Source: Rhina ancylostomus (lineage: Eukaryota). Taken from it: DNA of 62,729 bases. The notes beneath the pieces were generated by a model. It was not told where the DNA came from. It ran no database searches and saw only the letters and a program-made list of their open reading frames with translations. Numbering within the stretch: position 1 is the stretch's first letter; the number at the start of each line of letters is the position of its first letter. The stretch covers positions 5,206,426-5,269,154 of the forward strand of contig JARFYF010000056.1 in NCBI GenBank assembly GCA_030265395.1, in the 5' to 3' direction. A program made the translations under genes and the position numbers. Below, piece after piece: positions 1 to 11,760 of this stretch.

Positions 1-133
1 GAAACCGGAGCACCCGGAGGAAACCCACGCAGACACGGGGAGAACGTACAAACTCCTTACAGACAGCGGCGGGAATTAAACCCAGGTCGCTGGCACCGTA
101 ATAGCATTATGCTAACCGCTACACTACTGCGCC
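1..133 (-). mobile_element. tRNA-derived SINE head (HE1-like), cut by the window edge
   Basis: Reverse complement GGCGCAGTAGTGTAGCGGTTAGC...GGGTTTAATTCCC has A- and B-box-like motifs and matches the copies at 21912, 35396 and 45971. Confidence 0.85.
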
Positions 134-1207
134 TGGCTCAATACAAGACTCAATACATGGTAAGGTTTATTTTGTTCATCTTCACATGTGTGTTGATTGG
201 TTCCATGGATAAGGAACAAACTTCACTTCACCTGCTCACCGAGTGGTGAGCTGAAGTGAACAGTGATGATTCTCAGTGGACTTCAATCCTGTCCCACAAC
301 CAGTGTTGTTCCCTGCTCAGCAGCATCCCCTGCTGCCAAGATTAGGGATCTATTCCATCCGCATTCCAATTATGATGAAGGCAGTCATTTGAAAAAAAAT
401 GTTAATATTTTTATTACATAAAGGAATTAAAAGCTATTTTCCAGTCTGTAGCATTCACTCAAAGATAAAATAAATTGCTTGTTTGTGAATGCAACTAAGT
501 TTTGTATACCTATCACTAAAATATTGAACAATAGTAATTTATCATAAAATTACATGTCGAGTCCAAAACAGGCATGACCTTTTCAAGGTCTTTTGGGTAT
601 TTCCATTTAACTCTGCCGCTTAATTACTTCATCAAGTTACCTGACAGAACTAATTAAACATCACAGATAAAAAATTAAATACCTCACTTGGATGCCAAAA
701 TAACAACAGTGTAATTATGTTTTAACAGAATTGAAAGCTCAAGTCTTTCATTATTAATTCATTCACTATCACTCATCAGCAACCAAGAACTTTCAACCAC
801 TTACCTTATCATAATTAATCAAAATTATGATACACAAATAGCTTGTTTAATTTATTTACTGAAAATGATCATTCCAATAATTACAGCTGTCTTTAAGGTA
901 ATCTATGTAGAAGCGCACATTGTATAGAAAGAATGTACAATTTATTTCAAGTGTAGCTGAGGTCTCACAACAGGTGACTGGATACGTCAAAGCTGGGTTA
1001 TGAAGGTCTTACTCATTAGTGAAACAATTTAATTAATGTTAGTTTTTTCTCCCCCACTGTTTATTCACTTTACATCATTAATGAATACGAAACTCATTAT
1101 GCCTTGGTGCTGGTGCCCTTTATGCTGCATTACAGCACTTTTATACTGCAGCCTGGTTTAAAAACAAGGACTTACACAGAGAGAATCAAACTACTTTCAT
1201 TATTTCC

Positions 1208-1272
1208 TGAAATGAAAGTGTAAAATGCAGGAACTACTCAGCAGGCCAGGCACCAGATACTTCATCAGGACT
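1208..1272 (-). mobile_element. Penelope-like terminal fragment with partial hammerhead core
   Basis: ACTCAGCAGGCCAGGCA...CTTCATCAGGAC; the reverse complement reads GTC-CTGATGA-AG. Confidence 0.55.
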
Positions 1273-1767
1273 AATGATTAAGCACACATAACATTTGACC
1301 GATTGGACAATGAAAATATGGAATGGATGGACCCTCAACCCGGATACAATTATGCTCAAAATATCCATTCCCGCCACATCCACAGGGGGAAATGTCCATG
1401 TGGAGGACCTCAAGAACATGATGTCAGTTGGGTACCTCAACCGTATATCCCAGCTGCTTGTGCTCTTCCATCACTGGACGGCAGCACAGCCGGTGGAGCT
1501 TTTACCACACTTCCTGTAGAGATACACCCAGTGACCAGTGCCAGCACAGAGGAAATTCCCAGCCCAGGTCTTTAAGATGACTCCAGGCCAGTAATTTAAT
1601 TTGAAATACAAAGCACAGGGAAACATGTTCCAAATTTCATTGGAAATTTCCAGATATGTTTCCTGGACTCGAACCAAGCTACCGATCAAACACGAGGCCA
1701 AGAAAGCACCGAATGCCTGTACTTGAACTGAATTGCGTGAGCTCCCCGTTAAATACCTTCAATAAAA

Positions 1768-2730
1768 ACATAAGAAATAAAAGCAGGACTAGGCCACTTG
1801 GTCCCTTATACCTGCTCGGCTATTCAATAAGGTCACGACTGATCTTTTACCTCAGCACTACTTTCCTGCACTAACCCACATCCTTTGAAATATATCCAAA
1901 AGCATATCAAGCTTTATCTTGAACATACCCAGGGACTGAGCCTCCCCAGTCACCCTGGGCAGAGAATTTCAAAGATTCACTATCGTTTGGGTGCCTCAAG
2001 AAGGTGGCAGCATCACTCAGGACCCTCACCATCCAGGACATGTCCTCTTCTCATTAGTACCATCGGGGAGGAGGTACAGGAGCCTGAAGACCCACATTCA
2101 ACGATTTAGGTACAGCTTCTTCCCCTCCGCCATCAAATCTCCGAATGGTCCATGAACACTACCTCATTGTTCCTTTTTATCATACTATGTATTTATTTTG
2201 TAATTTATAGTAATTTTATGTCTTTGCACTGTACTACTGCCACAAAACAACAAATTTCACCTCATAAAAGTCAGTGATAAAAAACCTGATTCTGATCTTG
2301 AATAGCTGACCCCTTATTCTGAGACTGTCCCCTGGTTCTAGAAATCCCAGGCAGGTGAAGTGTCATCTCTGTATCTACCCTGCTGTGCCTTGTAAGAACT
2401 TTATAGTGAGGTCACCTCTTATTCCTCATACTTCGGGTAGTATAGGACCAGTCTGTTTAATGTCTCTTCATAGAGTAAACCACCCCAAACCAGGAATCAA
2501 TCTGGAGAACCATCAATATTCTTCCTCTATTGCAAGTGTGTCCTTCTTTAATACTCCAGGAGTACTCCCATTAGAGCCTCATCAATCCAGTAAGATGTCA
2601 TCGCCCTCAAATCCTTTTCAGATCCTCTTGCAGTAAGGCTAATGTTCCTTATGCCTTCCCAATTGTTTGTTCCGATGTGTGGGGTCCATGGCGGAAGTCC
2701 TGTCTTTCTCGCATTGTGGCTTTGGAGAGG
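1768..2730 (-). mobile_element. CR1-type LINE 3' fragment, interrupted by a Rex element
   Basis: Reverse complement of a CR1-like 3' end (CATAAGAAATAAAAGCAGGACTAGGCCAC...). Similar to 19430-19680, 37660-38160 and 58980-60035. Confidence 0.75.
1991..2296 (+). mobile_element. Rex1/Babar LINE 3' end
   Basis: Translates DPHHPGHVLFSLVPSGRRYRSLKTHIQRFRYSFFPSAIK, the typical Rex1 C-terminus, followed by a 3' UTR ending CTGATTCTGAT. Confidence 0.8.
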
Positions 2731-3284
2731 GACCAGGGGCTCTTCAACAGTACAATCAAAGGTCATCCCTCGGTCGTGGACACCGCTGGGCATTAACTGG
2801 ATGCTATGATCATGACAGAAAGAATATAATACAGTTTATTTACATTCCTTTTCATTTGATGAGGTAACTTTTTATTGGCAATCTCATCCTCTCATTAAGG
2901 AGTTAATTGTACTGATTTTTGACCCAATTACAATATAATCATTGTGGGTTACATAGAACCATCCTCTTTGATTTAATTGAAGTTTTCTTGGGCCAAGCTC
3001 TGTATTCCACCAACTTTGGCATGATCTTTCTTCCCCCATTCCATTCCATCCCTCCCACAGCCACATAATCCAACATTAGCATTTTGTCACTTCCAACTCC
3101 CTGCCAAAGATTAGATATGGGGTTATCTACAGAACAACAGTGACTAGCTTCCATATTGCAGTGTTATTGGGAGCTTTACATACACAAACATTTGAAACAG
3201 TTGGGTCTCCCTGTACCTAGTGTTGAGTGCTAACACTGAGACCCTAACTATACTCCAGTGACCACTTTGCACAGTCCACACTGT

Positions 3285-3640
3285 TCACAAGCCTGACACC
3301 AGACTGCCAAAGCTGACTCTACTCTGAGCTCTGTTGCGGGAAGAGATGACCAGAGGAAAAGACTCGATGTGCTCAGAACCTCCTTGGAGAAATGCAACAT
3401 TCCCACAGTCTTCTCAAAATCTCTGGCCCATAACCAAGGGGGAGAACTTGGGGTGGCACTGAGAACCTTGTCCATCCATCAGACACGCACAGAAGTGATG
3501 GGTGGAACACACTACCCCACAAACTATCCACCCACCTGTCCTGCCCCATCTGTGGAATAGTCTGCAGATCCTACATTGGCCTCAGAACCTGCAAAGCCAG
3601 AGTGAAAGCATGTCATCATACAGCACAGGGTACTGCAAAA
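3285..3640 (+). mobile_element. RTE-clade LINE 3' fragment, degenerate
   Basis: Frameshifted LYSELCCGKR...SLEKCNIPT...SLAHN...CRSYIGL; homologous to the minus-strand piece at 39060-39240. Confidence 0.7.
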
Positions 3641-3993
3641 GAAAGGGAATGAAAGAGGTTAATTTTTAATGCACAACAGCTTGGTGAATTTATATTTGTA
3701 TGGCTGTTTAATAGTGCAAGTATCTATAGTGTCACAATGTTGATCCGGAGCAAACTCACAGAGAACCCAAATGCGGCACACTGATACAAGACTGGAGTCA
3801 GGATANNNNNNNNNNNNNNNNNNNNNNNNNNNNNNNNNNNNNNNNNNNNNNNNNNNNNNNNNNNNNNNNNNNNNNNNNNNNNNNNNNNNNNNNNNNNNNN
3901 NNNNNCCAGCATGGAATTCATGTGCTGGACAACAAGGCATTAATGGAGCCAAATTGAGGGCCAGAACTCAGAACCATGACATATAGATCTATA

Positions 3994-4130
3994 TTGACCA
4001 AGGGTCTTAGATCTGAAATGTTAACTCTGTCCCTCTTCCCACAGAGGGTGCCTGATTCAGCATTGGGTCAGCATCAGGTGTTCCAGCTTTTTCTGATTTT
4101 ATTTCAAATTTCCACCATCTGAAGGTTTTT
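3994..4130 (+). mobile_element. Old Penelope-like terminal repeat with degenerate hammerhead
   Basis: TTGACCAAGGGTCTTAGATCTGAAATGTTAACTCTG...CCACAGA...; same family as 10652, 47095 and 58835. Confidence 0.6.
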
Positions 4131-4174
4131 TCTATTTTTAATCTATTTCAGTTCCAATTTCCAGTCTAATGTTG

Positions 4175-4660
4175 CTGGGAGAAGATACAGGAGCGTGACA
4201 GCCTGGACATCCAGACTCAGGAACAGCTTCTTCCCCACTGCTGTTAGACTCCTGAACCAGCCGCCTCTCTCACACCCCCTTCCCAGCGGTGCTGCCACGT
4301 TCCCAGACTCTTGATTCTACCTCCTCTGCTGGCCATCTCACCTCTCCACTCTCGGTCCTGTTGCAGGGTTTCGACCCAAAATGTTGACATTTTCTTTCCC
4401 TCCACAGATGCTGCTCAACCCGCTGAGTTCCTCCAGCACATTGTGTGCTGCTCCAGATTCCAGCATCTGCAGTCTCTTGTGTCCCTTCTGTTTTTGTCAC
4501 TTCAGCATTTCTATTTGCACTACTTCAGATTGCACTGCCACACATTGCACTATTCCGTTGTTTTGCGCTTGTCACTGTGTTTATTGTGGTATTTATTATA
4601 CCATGTGAGCTTCAGGCAAGCAAGGAATTTCATTGCGCCCTGGAGTATTTGACAATAAAC
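4175..4660 (+). mobile_element. Second Rex1/Babar family 3' end, interrupted by a Penelope fragment
   Basis: GRRYRSVTAWTSRLRNSFFPTAVRLLNQ; the tail resumes near 4495 and ends ...TTTCATTGCGCCCTGGAGTATTTGACAATAAAC. Confidence 0.7.
4295..4485 (+). mobile_element. Penelope-like terminal repeat with decayed hammerhead
   Basis: GTC-CTGTTGC-AGGGTTTCGACCC-AAAATGTTGAC followed by the family tail CCACAGATGCTGC...CTGCAGTCTCTTGTGTC. Confidence 0.75.
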
Positions 4661-5118
4661 CCTCACCATCCAGGATATGCCCTCTTTTGGGCTTCCTCCA
4701 GGTGCTCCGGTTTCCTCCCACATTCCAAAGACGTACGGGTTAGGAAGTTGTGGGCGTGCTATGTTGGCGNNNNNNNNNNNNNNNNNNGTGGCGACACTTG
4801 CGGGCTGCCCCCAGAACACTCTACGCAGAAGATGCATTTCACTGTGTGTTTCAATGTACATGTGACTAATAAGGATCTTATCTTACTAAAGGGGAGGTGG
4901 TACAGGAGCCCGGAGACCCACCCTCAATGTTCCAGGAACAGCTTCTTCCCCTCCGCCATCAGATTTCTGACCGGTCCACGAACCCGACCTCGTTATTCCT
5001 CTTTTGCCCTATTTATTTATTTTTGTAACTTCTAGTAATTTTTATGTCTTTGCTGCCGCAAAACAACAAATTAACGACCCACGTCAGTGACAATCAACCT
5101 GTTTCTGATGCTGAGTCT
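4660..5118 (+). mobile_element. Rex1/Babar LINE 3' end with a nested SINE (about 4692-4884)
   Basis: PHHPGYALF, then the SINE, then GRWYRSPETHPQCSRNSFFPSAIRFL plus a 3' UTR homologous to 1991-2296. Confidence 0.8.
4692..4884 (+). mobile_element. SINE with tail type A, 5'-truncated
   Basis: Nearly identical to 46080-46268; ends GTGACTAATAAGGATCTTATCTTA. Confidence 0.85.
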
Positions 5119-5700
5119 GCGCCCCGGCTGCAGGCGGGTTGCCGCCCAGCAGATGGCGCGGCGGCCCCGGGGAGCGAAGGGGAGCGGGCGGCGTGGTGGA
5201 AGCTGTTGGATGGAGCACTGGGCAACACGCGTTGTTTCACCGTATTAAAGACCACCTCCCTTCTCACCCCATGTAGCGACGTGACTCGCTGCAATAGCGA
5301 AGGATGCACCAATAACATCTGTCATTATCGCAGTCAAGTGAGAGCATTGTAACTGTGCGGACTGGAACTTCAGTGGGTTGGCGGCGCCTGTGCCCCGTCC
5401 AGGGCTGGGCAGTGGGTTGGTAGCCGCTGGCGATCATTACTGCCCCTCCCTCGCATTCGAAACACGCTGCGAATTAGACAGAGCCTTCTCCGCTTGGGGA
5501 GCGGAATGTGCAGCGCACGGCCGCAGTTGTAGAGGAAGAGTTGGATGCGAGACTCCGGCGTTGTTGCTGGGAACCCCCAAGCCCAGGTCTGCCTCAAGCA
5601 CCGGCGCGCCGGCTCGATCCGCCTTGTCACCGCATCTCCCCGGCCTCGCTGCTCCCCCAGACTCCGAGAGTATAAAATGCACTCACGCATGATGTGGATA
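5118..5700. promoter_or_regulatory. CpG island / promoter of OLFML2A
   Basis: The only extended GC- and CpG-rich stretch in an AT-rich, CpG-depleted window; ends at the start codon. Confidence 0.85.
5146..5159 (+). promoter_or_regulatory. CTCF motif
   Basis: CCAGCAGATGGCGC matches the core consensus CCASYAGRKGGCRS at all positions. Confidence 0.65.
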
Positions 5701-5760
5701 CGACTAGAGACGATTCTTTATCTTCTCATCTTATCACACGCAGTAACTACAACCAGTAAG
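5677..5760 (+). CDS. OLFML2A: OLFML2A coding exon 1 (signal peptide)
   Basis: ATG at 5677 (A at -3) at the 3' end of a CpG island. Translates MHSRMMWIRLETILYLLILSHAVTTTSK with a hydrophobic core. Strong donor AAG|GTGAGT at 5761, phase 0, matching exon 2. In-frame ATGs at 5689 and 5692 are alternative starts. Confidence 0.85.
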
Positions 5761-7867
5761 GTGAGTTTTTACCTTAACCTTTCAATATGTTAAACTTTTT
5801 TAATATATTAAATAAGTTTAGTGCGCGTTCAGACAAAAGCAATGTTTATCCATATTTCTTTTGGAAGGAGCTGTTTCCGTTAAGTGTCTTGCAATGTCGA
5901 ACAGCGACAAGGCTTCAAATCAAACGGGGGCACTGATAGTCAGGCTTGCATTGCGAGCTTTGTATGAGACAATCGGTCACAGAAGTCAACCTCGTGTTGT
6001 TATAAACAAGTTTTGAGAGTTCTCCTGAACATCTGGATTAGATTCAACCCGGCAAAGTCACAGTAGGTGGGTCGTTATAACTGCACCAGGCCGGTTTCTC
6101 CACACATGGCTTGTGCAAGCTGTCTGTTTATAGCTAACAAATCAAGTGCCCCAGTTAAATTTACTTCTGTAATCAAAATAACTGCATTTTGTTTTTTTTT
6201 AAGCACGACTGAGCAGACGGCGGATGTCGTTTCCTGCAAGAGTCCATTGTTGTGATTAAACTATTTGGCAAGATAGAATTATGTGTAAAACATTTGAAAG
6301 TAAATTATTTTGTATGAGTACCATTTTTCATTTCAAGATATTAGTAGTTTGTGTGATGCATCCCTGATTTGTAGCATTCACTGTTTCCTTTTTATCATTG
6401 GAGAAAAAGCACACAAATTAATTAATGTAAGGTTTTAATTTACAATTGTGAAGGACTTCCTCTGATTCTGTGATTTCATCAGAAAAATTTCAGTGGTGAT
6501 GCCACTACCTTTTGAGTCTTTTGCCACACTTGTCTATAATTTATTTGATCCGATCTTTATATTTGCATTGTAACTGTTGAAAGTGGCTTTTCATTCCAAT
6601 TCCAAAACCTATAATAATTAAATAAAAATGACAGCCTCCAAAGTTTTGTTAATTGTCAGCCACTTTCAGCACTTACGTACCAGTACTTCAATGTCCATTA
6701 CGTGAAAAATCAAACACTTTCACTTTCTCCAAACGAAGAACATGCTACATTAGCTGCCACAATTCTTTAAGCTGGTTTCATTCATCAGCCTTAAAACAAG
6801 GCAAGTGATGTTCCAGGCAAAACCAAACTGAAATGAGCTTTTATTTTGTGATAAGGAATTGTTCAGCTTTGGATTTTTGACTGCACCAACAACCACCTAA
6901 CGAGGAAATGTGGGCAGTGTTCAATAAGTGGCCCAGGTTTGGGTGGCCTTGAATAAATGGACTTTACCTCAGTGCTCTGTGGTAGTGAATTGATCTGTAC
7001 GATTGGTATGCAAGACAGGTTTTTCACTGTACCTCTGTACAAGTGACAATAATAAACCCATTTAACTGAGGTATTTGAAATGAGTTGGAGATTTGGTAGG
7101 TGGGGAGGGAGTACATCTTGTGGAGCGGTGGGTTTGGAACCTGGGACCAGGTTCCTTTACATTAGAAGTAGAATGTGGAGTGCTGATGCACTGATGTAAT
7201 TCTTCACACAGACAGACATGGTTCAGCTGGAAATACAGAAACTGAAATGACCAGGTTCTTGTCAGAAAGAGGTATCGAGGGGTGTGGACATAGGATGGTA
7301 AATGTGGTGAAGGTGCTGATCAGTAACGATCTAATTGAATAGTAAAGTAGTTTGAGGGCCTGAATTGTCACTTCCAGAGTGGGCGAAGGCAAATGGAAAC
7401 AGTGCACCAGGAAAGGGTGGCTGCCTGTGATTCCTCACAGGGCAGGTTTCTAAATGAGAAGAGAAGCTGCGGGCGGACACTGACTGCCAGCTCTGTGCAG
7501 GGGTGGGTTCCTTGTTCCCTCGGCTGCTGCACGTTTCGGAGTGGATTACCCACCCGTTCTCACCAACAACCTTCATGCGGAGGCATCCATGGACAAACAG
7601 GGGCCAGATCTACTTTAGTTCTTTCCCTGTCACAAGATGAGAAGATCAGATTATATCAGCAGTATTTAAGGAATTCAAGATTGCTGGATTACACTTAAAT
7701 GCTAAACAAAAATTCATTTTTTTTATTTTATCAGATGTAAAACAACTAATTTAATTTTTAATTCTTTGAAAAATTACACAATCAGCATTTGGATGTTGGG
7801 CACTGTGGTGCTGGATACATTCCTGAAAGGGTTAAAGTAAATTCAGACTGTTCCAACCAAACAATCG

Positions 7868-8080
7868 ACAGGCAGGCAGCATCTGTGGAGGGAAACGGAC
7901 AGTAAACGTTTCTGGTCGAGACCCTTCATCTGGACTAATCTGGTTTAGTCCAGATGAAGGGACACAACCCAAAACACTGACTGTCCATTTCCCTCCACAG
8001 ATGCTGCTCGACCCACTGAGTTCCTCCGGCATTTTGTTTGTTGCTCCAGATTTCAGCATCTGCAGTCTCTTGTGTCTCCA
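7868..8080. mobile_element. Penelope-like head-to-head palindromic element with hammerhead motifs
   Basis: Arms about 7876-7938 and 7945-8007 are reverse complements around a 6-nt loop. The left arm read on the minus strand is AGTC-CAGATGA-AGGGTCTCGACCA-GAAACGTT. Confidence 0.85.
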
Positions 8081-9339
8081 TTCAGACTGTTCCCTTGGAG
8101 GTGGCACTCTTGCCTGGAATTTTAAGCTACTGTAGATTGTTAGCATCTGGTGGGATTTTCTAAACAAATATATCCTACCGATTGGGACTACTACAAACAC
8201 AAAGCTAAACGATTGCAGTTCACGAGCACAGGAAGATTTTATTTAGTAAGGTGACAGTGCTGCCGTTCAGTGTTTGGAGTTTTGTGGGATTTCTTTGGCT
8301 TTCATGAGCACAGATGCCAGTATTCTGACACAAACACTGACATTATGTGCAGAAACATGTTTAATAACACAAATGCCAGGAATCTAAATACAAAATGCCA
8401 GAAAATCACAGCAGGGCATTGGAGGTTAAATGTAACGGGGAGGATTTTGTGGGTTTGAATTTTTCTCAATTTACATAATTGCATCACAGGGTGAAGGATT
8501 TCAATCATGGGTCTAGAGTGGAGAAGCTGGGTTATCCTTGGAGCAGAGTGAGCTGAGAGAAATTGGGCAGGATAGTGCAGGGTTAAGCTGGAGTAAATCG
8601 GAAAGTATCTGTTCCCCATAATGGATGGTTCAAGGACCCAGGGACATGGGTTGATGGGCAAAAGGTGCAAGGAGGGTGGGGGGGGGGGGAAGTCAGGCCT
8701 TTCACAGTAACTTNNNNNNNNNNNNNNNNNNCAGGCCTTTCACAGTCACTTGTGGGAAAGCAATTTGCAAAGCCAATTGGGAATAAGACAAAAAAAGTTT
8801 ACTCCAGAGAGCAGGTTTACATTTAATGGGCCAAATGGTCTCCTGTGCTGTAATGATTACGTGTGCCCATAAGTGTGAAGCTTCTCGAGTACCTGCTTCC
8901 ACACAGTTGGTGGTAGGTCCAAGAATCCCCAGTGCTCTGCTCATGATTTTCCATCTGTCAGTTTAACTGGGAGATGACAGAACATTCACCCACCAGCTCC
9001 CGGAATCCACCTACTCTGTGCAAGGTCCAACTCGCGCCACAGTGCCCAGGAAAGTGTCCAGAATCTTGTCACCGTCACTCTGGAAATAAGGACCACCCCT
9101 CGGCAATGGGGCAGCTGGGTGGTCACTGCATTACAGAGGAAACAGAAATAAGGACAAAGGATTTTTTTTGTGCTTATTATTCCAAAAACAGTTTGCAGTC
9201 CAGGACAAATACCAGGGGTGTCCTTGTCTCATTCCACCAGGATCACAGCATTGTTTGTATTCTGAAGTCGAAATGTGGCCTTTGCTTGAGATGTTAGAAG
9301 GATCTCTATATCCTTCCATGGAGCAACAAATCCCAATGC

Positions 9340-9515
9340 CCCAGTCAGAGGAGTTTCCCCGGACTCTTGGCCAATATTCAGCCCTCAGCCCACGTCACTA
9401 ACGCTGCTCTGGGATCTGAATGTGCACAAACTGCTGCCATAAATCCCTACATTCTGGCCGCTATAAGATTTCAGAAAGGTGCATGGAATGCCGGGACATC
9501 CTGATGTTGTGATAA
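9340..9515 (+). mobile_element. Deu-domain SINE relic (SacSINE1/AmnSINE-like)
   Basis: GGAGTTTCCCCGGACTCTTGGCCAATATTCAGCCCTCAGCC...GCTGCTCTGGGATCTGAATGTGCACAAACTGCTGCC...CCTACATT resembles the DeuSINE central domain as I recall it. Confidence 0.55.
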
Positions 9516-10651
9516 GTACAATCCCTCACCCCCAGCCAATCTTAGAATAACAAAGAGAAAGGCAGATAATTAAAAACAAAATCGAAGTGACGTTGGAACT
9601 TTGCTTCACTTCAGAACCTCAGTGCGACCTGCAGCATTCCTGGCTGTCCTGGAGCTCGAAGATTGAATTTCAAGTGAAGGCATCGTTAACTTCCCTTGCT
9701 CAGACACTGACACCAGGAGGCTCCTGTCATATATTTGGCTAGCTTGTCCATTACACCGTGTCCATTACACCAGTAGCTCCCAACCTTTCTGAATGAAAGC
9801 CCCAGTTGTTCACACTTGGTTAAGTACATGGCCCCCGCGCCCCCCCTCCCAAGCTCCCAATGCTATGACAAGCCACTCTTTTTATGGACTTAAGGCCGCT
9901 CCAGGAATGACCAACAGCCACACAGCTGAGACAGCCAATGTGCCAAGTACATTTTTATCTGGTTTAACTTCTGATGTGAGCTTTGTGACTACTGTCATTA
10001 AAGCCATACAGACCTTGTGTAATCTACCCACAGTTCCACAGTGATCCACTGTATCACCGTGTGGAAATCTCATGGCTGGAATAGTTCTGACAGAGTTTGA
10101 CCAAATTTGCTTCATGTTCTGTTCAGTTTTAATCTGAACTGATCTTCCAGTTGTTTGATCAACTGTCGGATGAAAGTTGCTGTGTTTCTGGATTACAGAT
10201 CCACAGTGCCACGGGAGCAGAGTCAGCATGAATTAAAATGACAATTTCCACTGAAATGATCTCAGGGAATTCACAACTTGTTAAAGGAGGAGTTAAAGTA
10301 TTATTCAGGGAATGGGTAGCAATTTTACTGAATGTTTTAGATAATTATTAACAGTTAAATTGTCTTGAAAGGAGGCTAATGATCAGAAAAGATGTCATGT
10401 GTATGTTGAAAACTTTATGAAGATTAAATTTAACAAGATGAAAGTTGAAAGATGTGGGGTCAAAGTAGCTTAATCCAAATGAGGGGAACAATGCCAGCTG
10501 GACAGATGAGTGTTGGGAATAATTACAGGGATTGCTCTGTGCTGTGGAGCATCTAAAGAACCTTAAAGTTGAGATTTGAGGAAAAATAGTGACAGAAATT
10601 AAAGTGCCTGCAGTTTAGAACATGAACTGGTGTAACTAAAGTGAAAAGTAA

Positions 10652-10875
10652 AAACTGCCCATGCTGGAAATCTGAAATAAAAACAAAACGTGCTAGAAAG
10701 TTCAGCAGGTCAGGCAGCATCTGCAGAGAGAGAAAAAGTTATTGTTTTCAAGTCAATGAGCTTTTATCAGAATTCATCATAAGGTTGTCCACCTGAAATG
10801 GTAACTCCACTTCTATCTCCACAGATGCTGTCTGACTTGCTGAGGTTTTTTCCCATCATTTTCTGCTTATTTTAT
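10652..10875. mobile_element. Old Penelope-like palindromic element
   Basis: CAGCAGGTCAGGCAGCATCTG on the left and CAGATGCTGTCTGACTTGCTG on the right, in inverted orientation, centre near 10770. Confidence 0.7.
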
Positions 10876-10879
10876 ATGA

Positions 10880-11150
10880 CATAGGAGGCCTTCAGCCCAT
10901 TAACAATGCCAGCTCTCAGAGTAATCCCATCAATCCACAGCCTGGAACCTATTCTCTCACACACCCTCCAATTCTCTTGCTGCCCTCCAGCACTTATTTG
11001 GGATGTGGTAGGGAACTGGATCACCCGGGGGGNNNNNNNNNNAAACCCACGTGGTCACAGGGAGACCATGCAAACTCCATACAGACAGCACCAGAAGTCA
11101 GGATGGAACCCAGATTACTGGAGCTGTAAGATATCTCCAATACCTGCAGC
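10880..11150 (-). mobile_element. HE1-like SINE, older copy
   Basis: GGGATGTGGTAGGGAACTGG...AAACCCACGTGGTCACAGGGAGA...CAAACTCCATACAGACAGCACC. Confidence 0.7.
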
Positions 11151-11199
11151 ACCTGGTTCTGTCAAGTGTCCCTATGCAAATGGGCTTTAGAATTCCAAT

Positions 11200-11760
11200 T
11201 CTTCGACATCTTCATTACCCTGACCAGCACACCATGGCTGCAATGTGTACCATCTACAAAGTGCACTGCAGGTACTTCTCTGTGCTACTCTGACAGCACC
11301 TCCCAAATCTGTGACCTTCTATCACCAAGAAAGACAAGGGCACCAGGTGCTTGTGAACGCCACCACCCACAGGTTCCCATCCCAGTCACATGCCATCCTG
11401 TATTGGAAATATATCACCACTCCTTCACTGTTGCTGGGTTCATATCCTGGAATCTCTTCCCCACAGTAACATGGGAGTTCCTTCACCAAATGGACTGCAT
11501 CAGTTCAAAGACCTGTGGGGTGATAGGTTAATTGGTCACCGTAAATTGTCTCTGGTGTGTAGGTGAGTGTCAGAATCTGTGGGCAATTGATAGGAATGTG
11601 GAAGAAGAGGGTACAGGGGAAATGGGGAATGAGATTGGTCTGTGAGCTGGGATAAACTTGATGAGCTGAATGGCTTTTTCCTATGTCATGAGGAAGTATG
11701 GATATATGGCATTGCCACGACCTTTTCTAGGGTTATTAAGGGATGGCCAAAAGATTCCAA
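11200..11760 (+). mobile_element. CR1/L2-group LINE 3' end with an inserted SINE fragment (about 11515-11700)
   Basis: AMCTIYKVHC-type C-terminus homologous to 36800-37350 and 43990-44940. The inserted piece has the V-domain-like GGTTAATTGGTCACCGTAAATTG. Confidence 0.65.

Noticed and set aside
1303-1575. 90-aa ORF in unique sequence
   Set aside because: No recognisable domain or splice context; overlapping ORFs of similar size in other frames suggest chance.
5671-5677. TATAAAA resembling a TATA box
   Set aside because: It overlaps the first ATG; a start site 25-30 nt downstream would lie beyond all three candidate initiator codons.
5044-5692. Several overlapping ORFs in the CpG island
   Set aside because: Stop codons are rare in GC-rich DNA; only 5677-5760 has signal-peptide and splice support.
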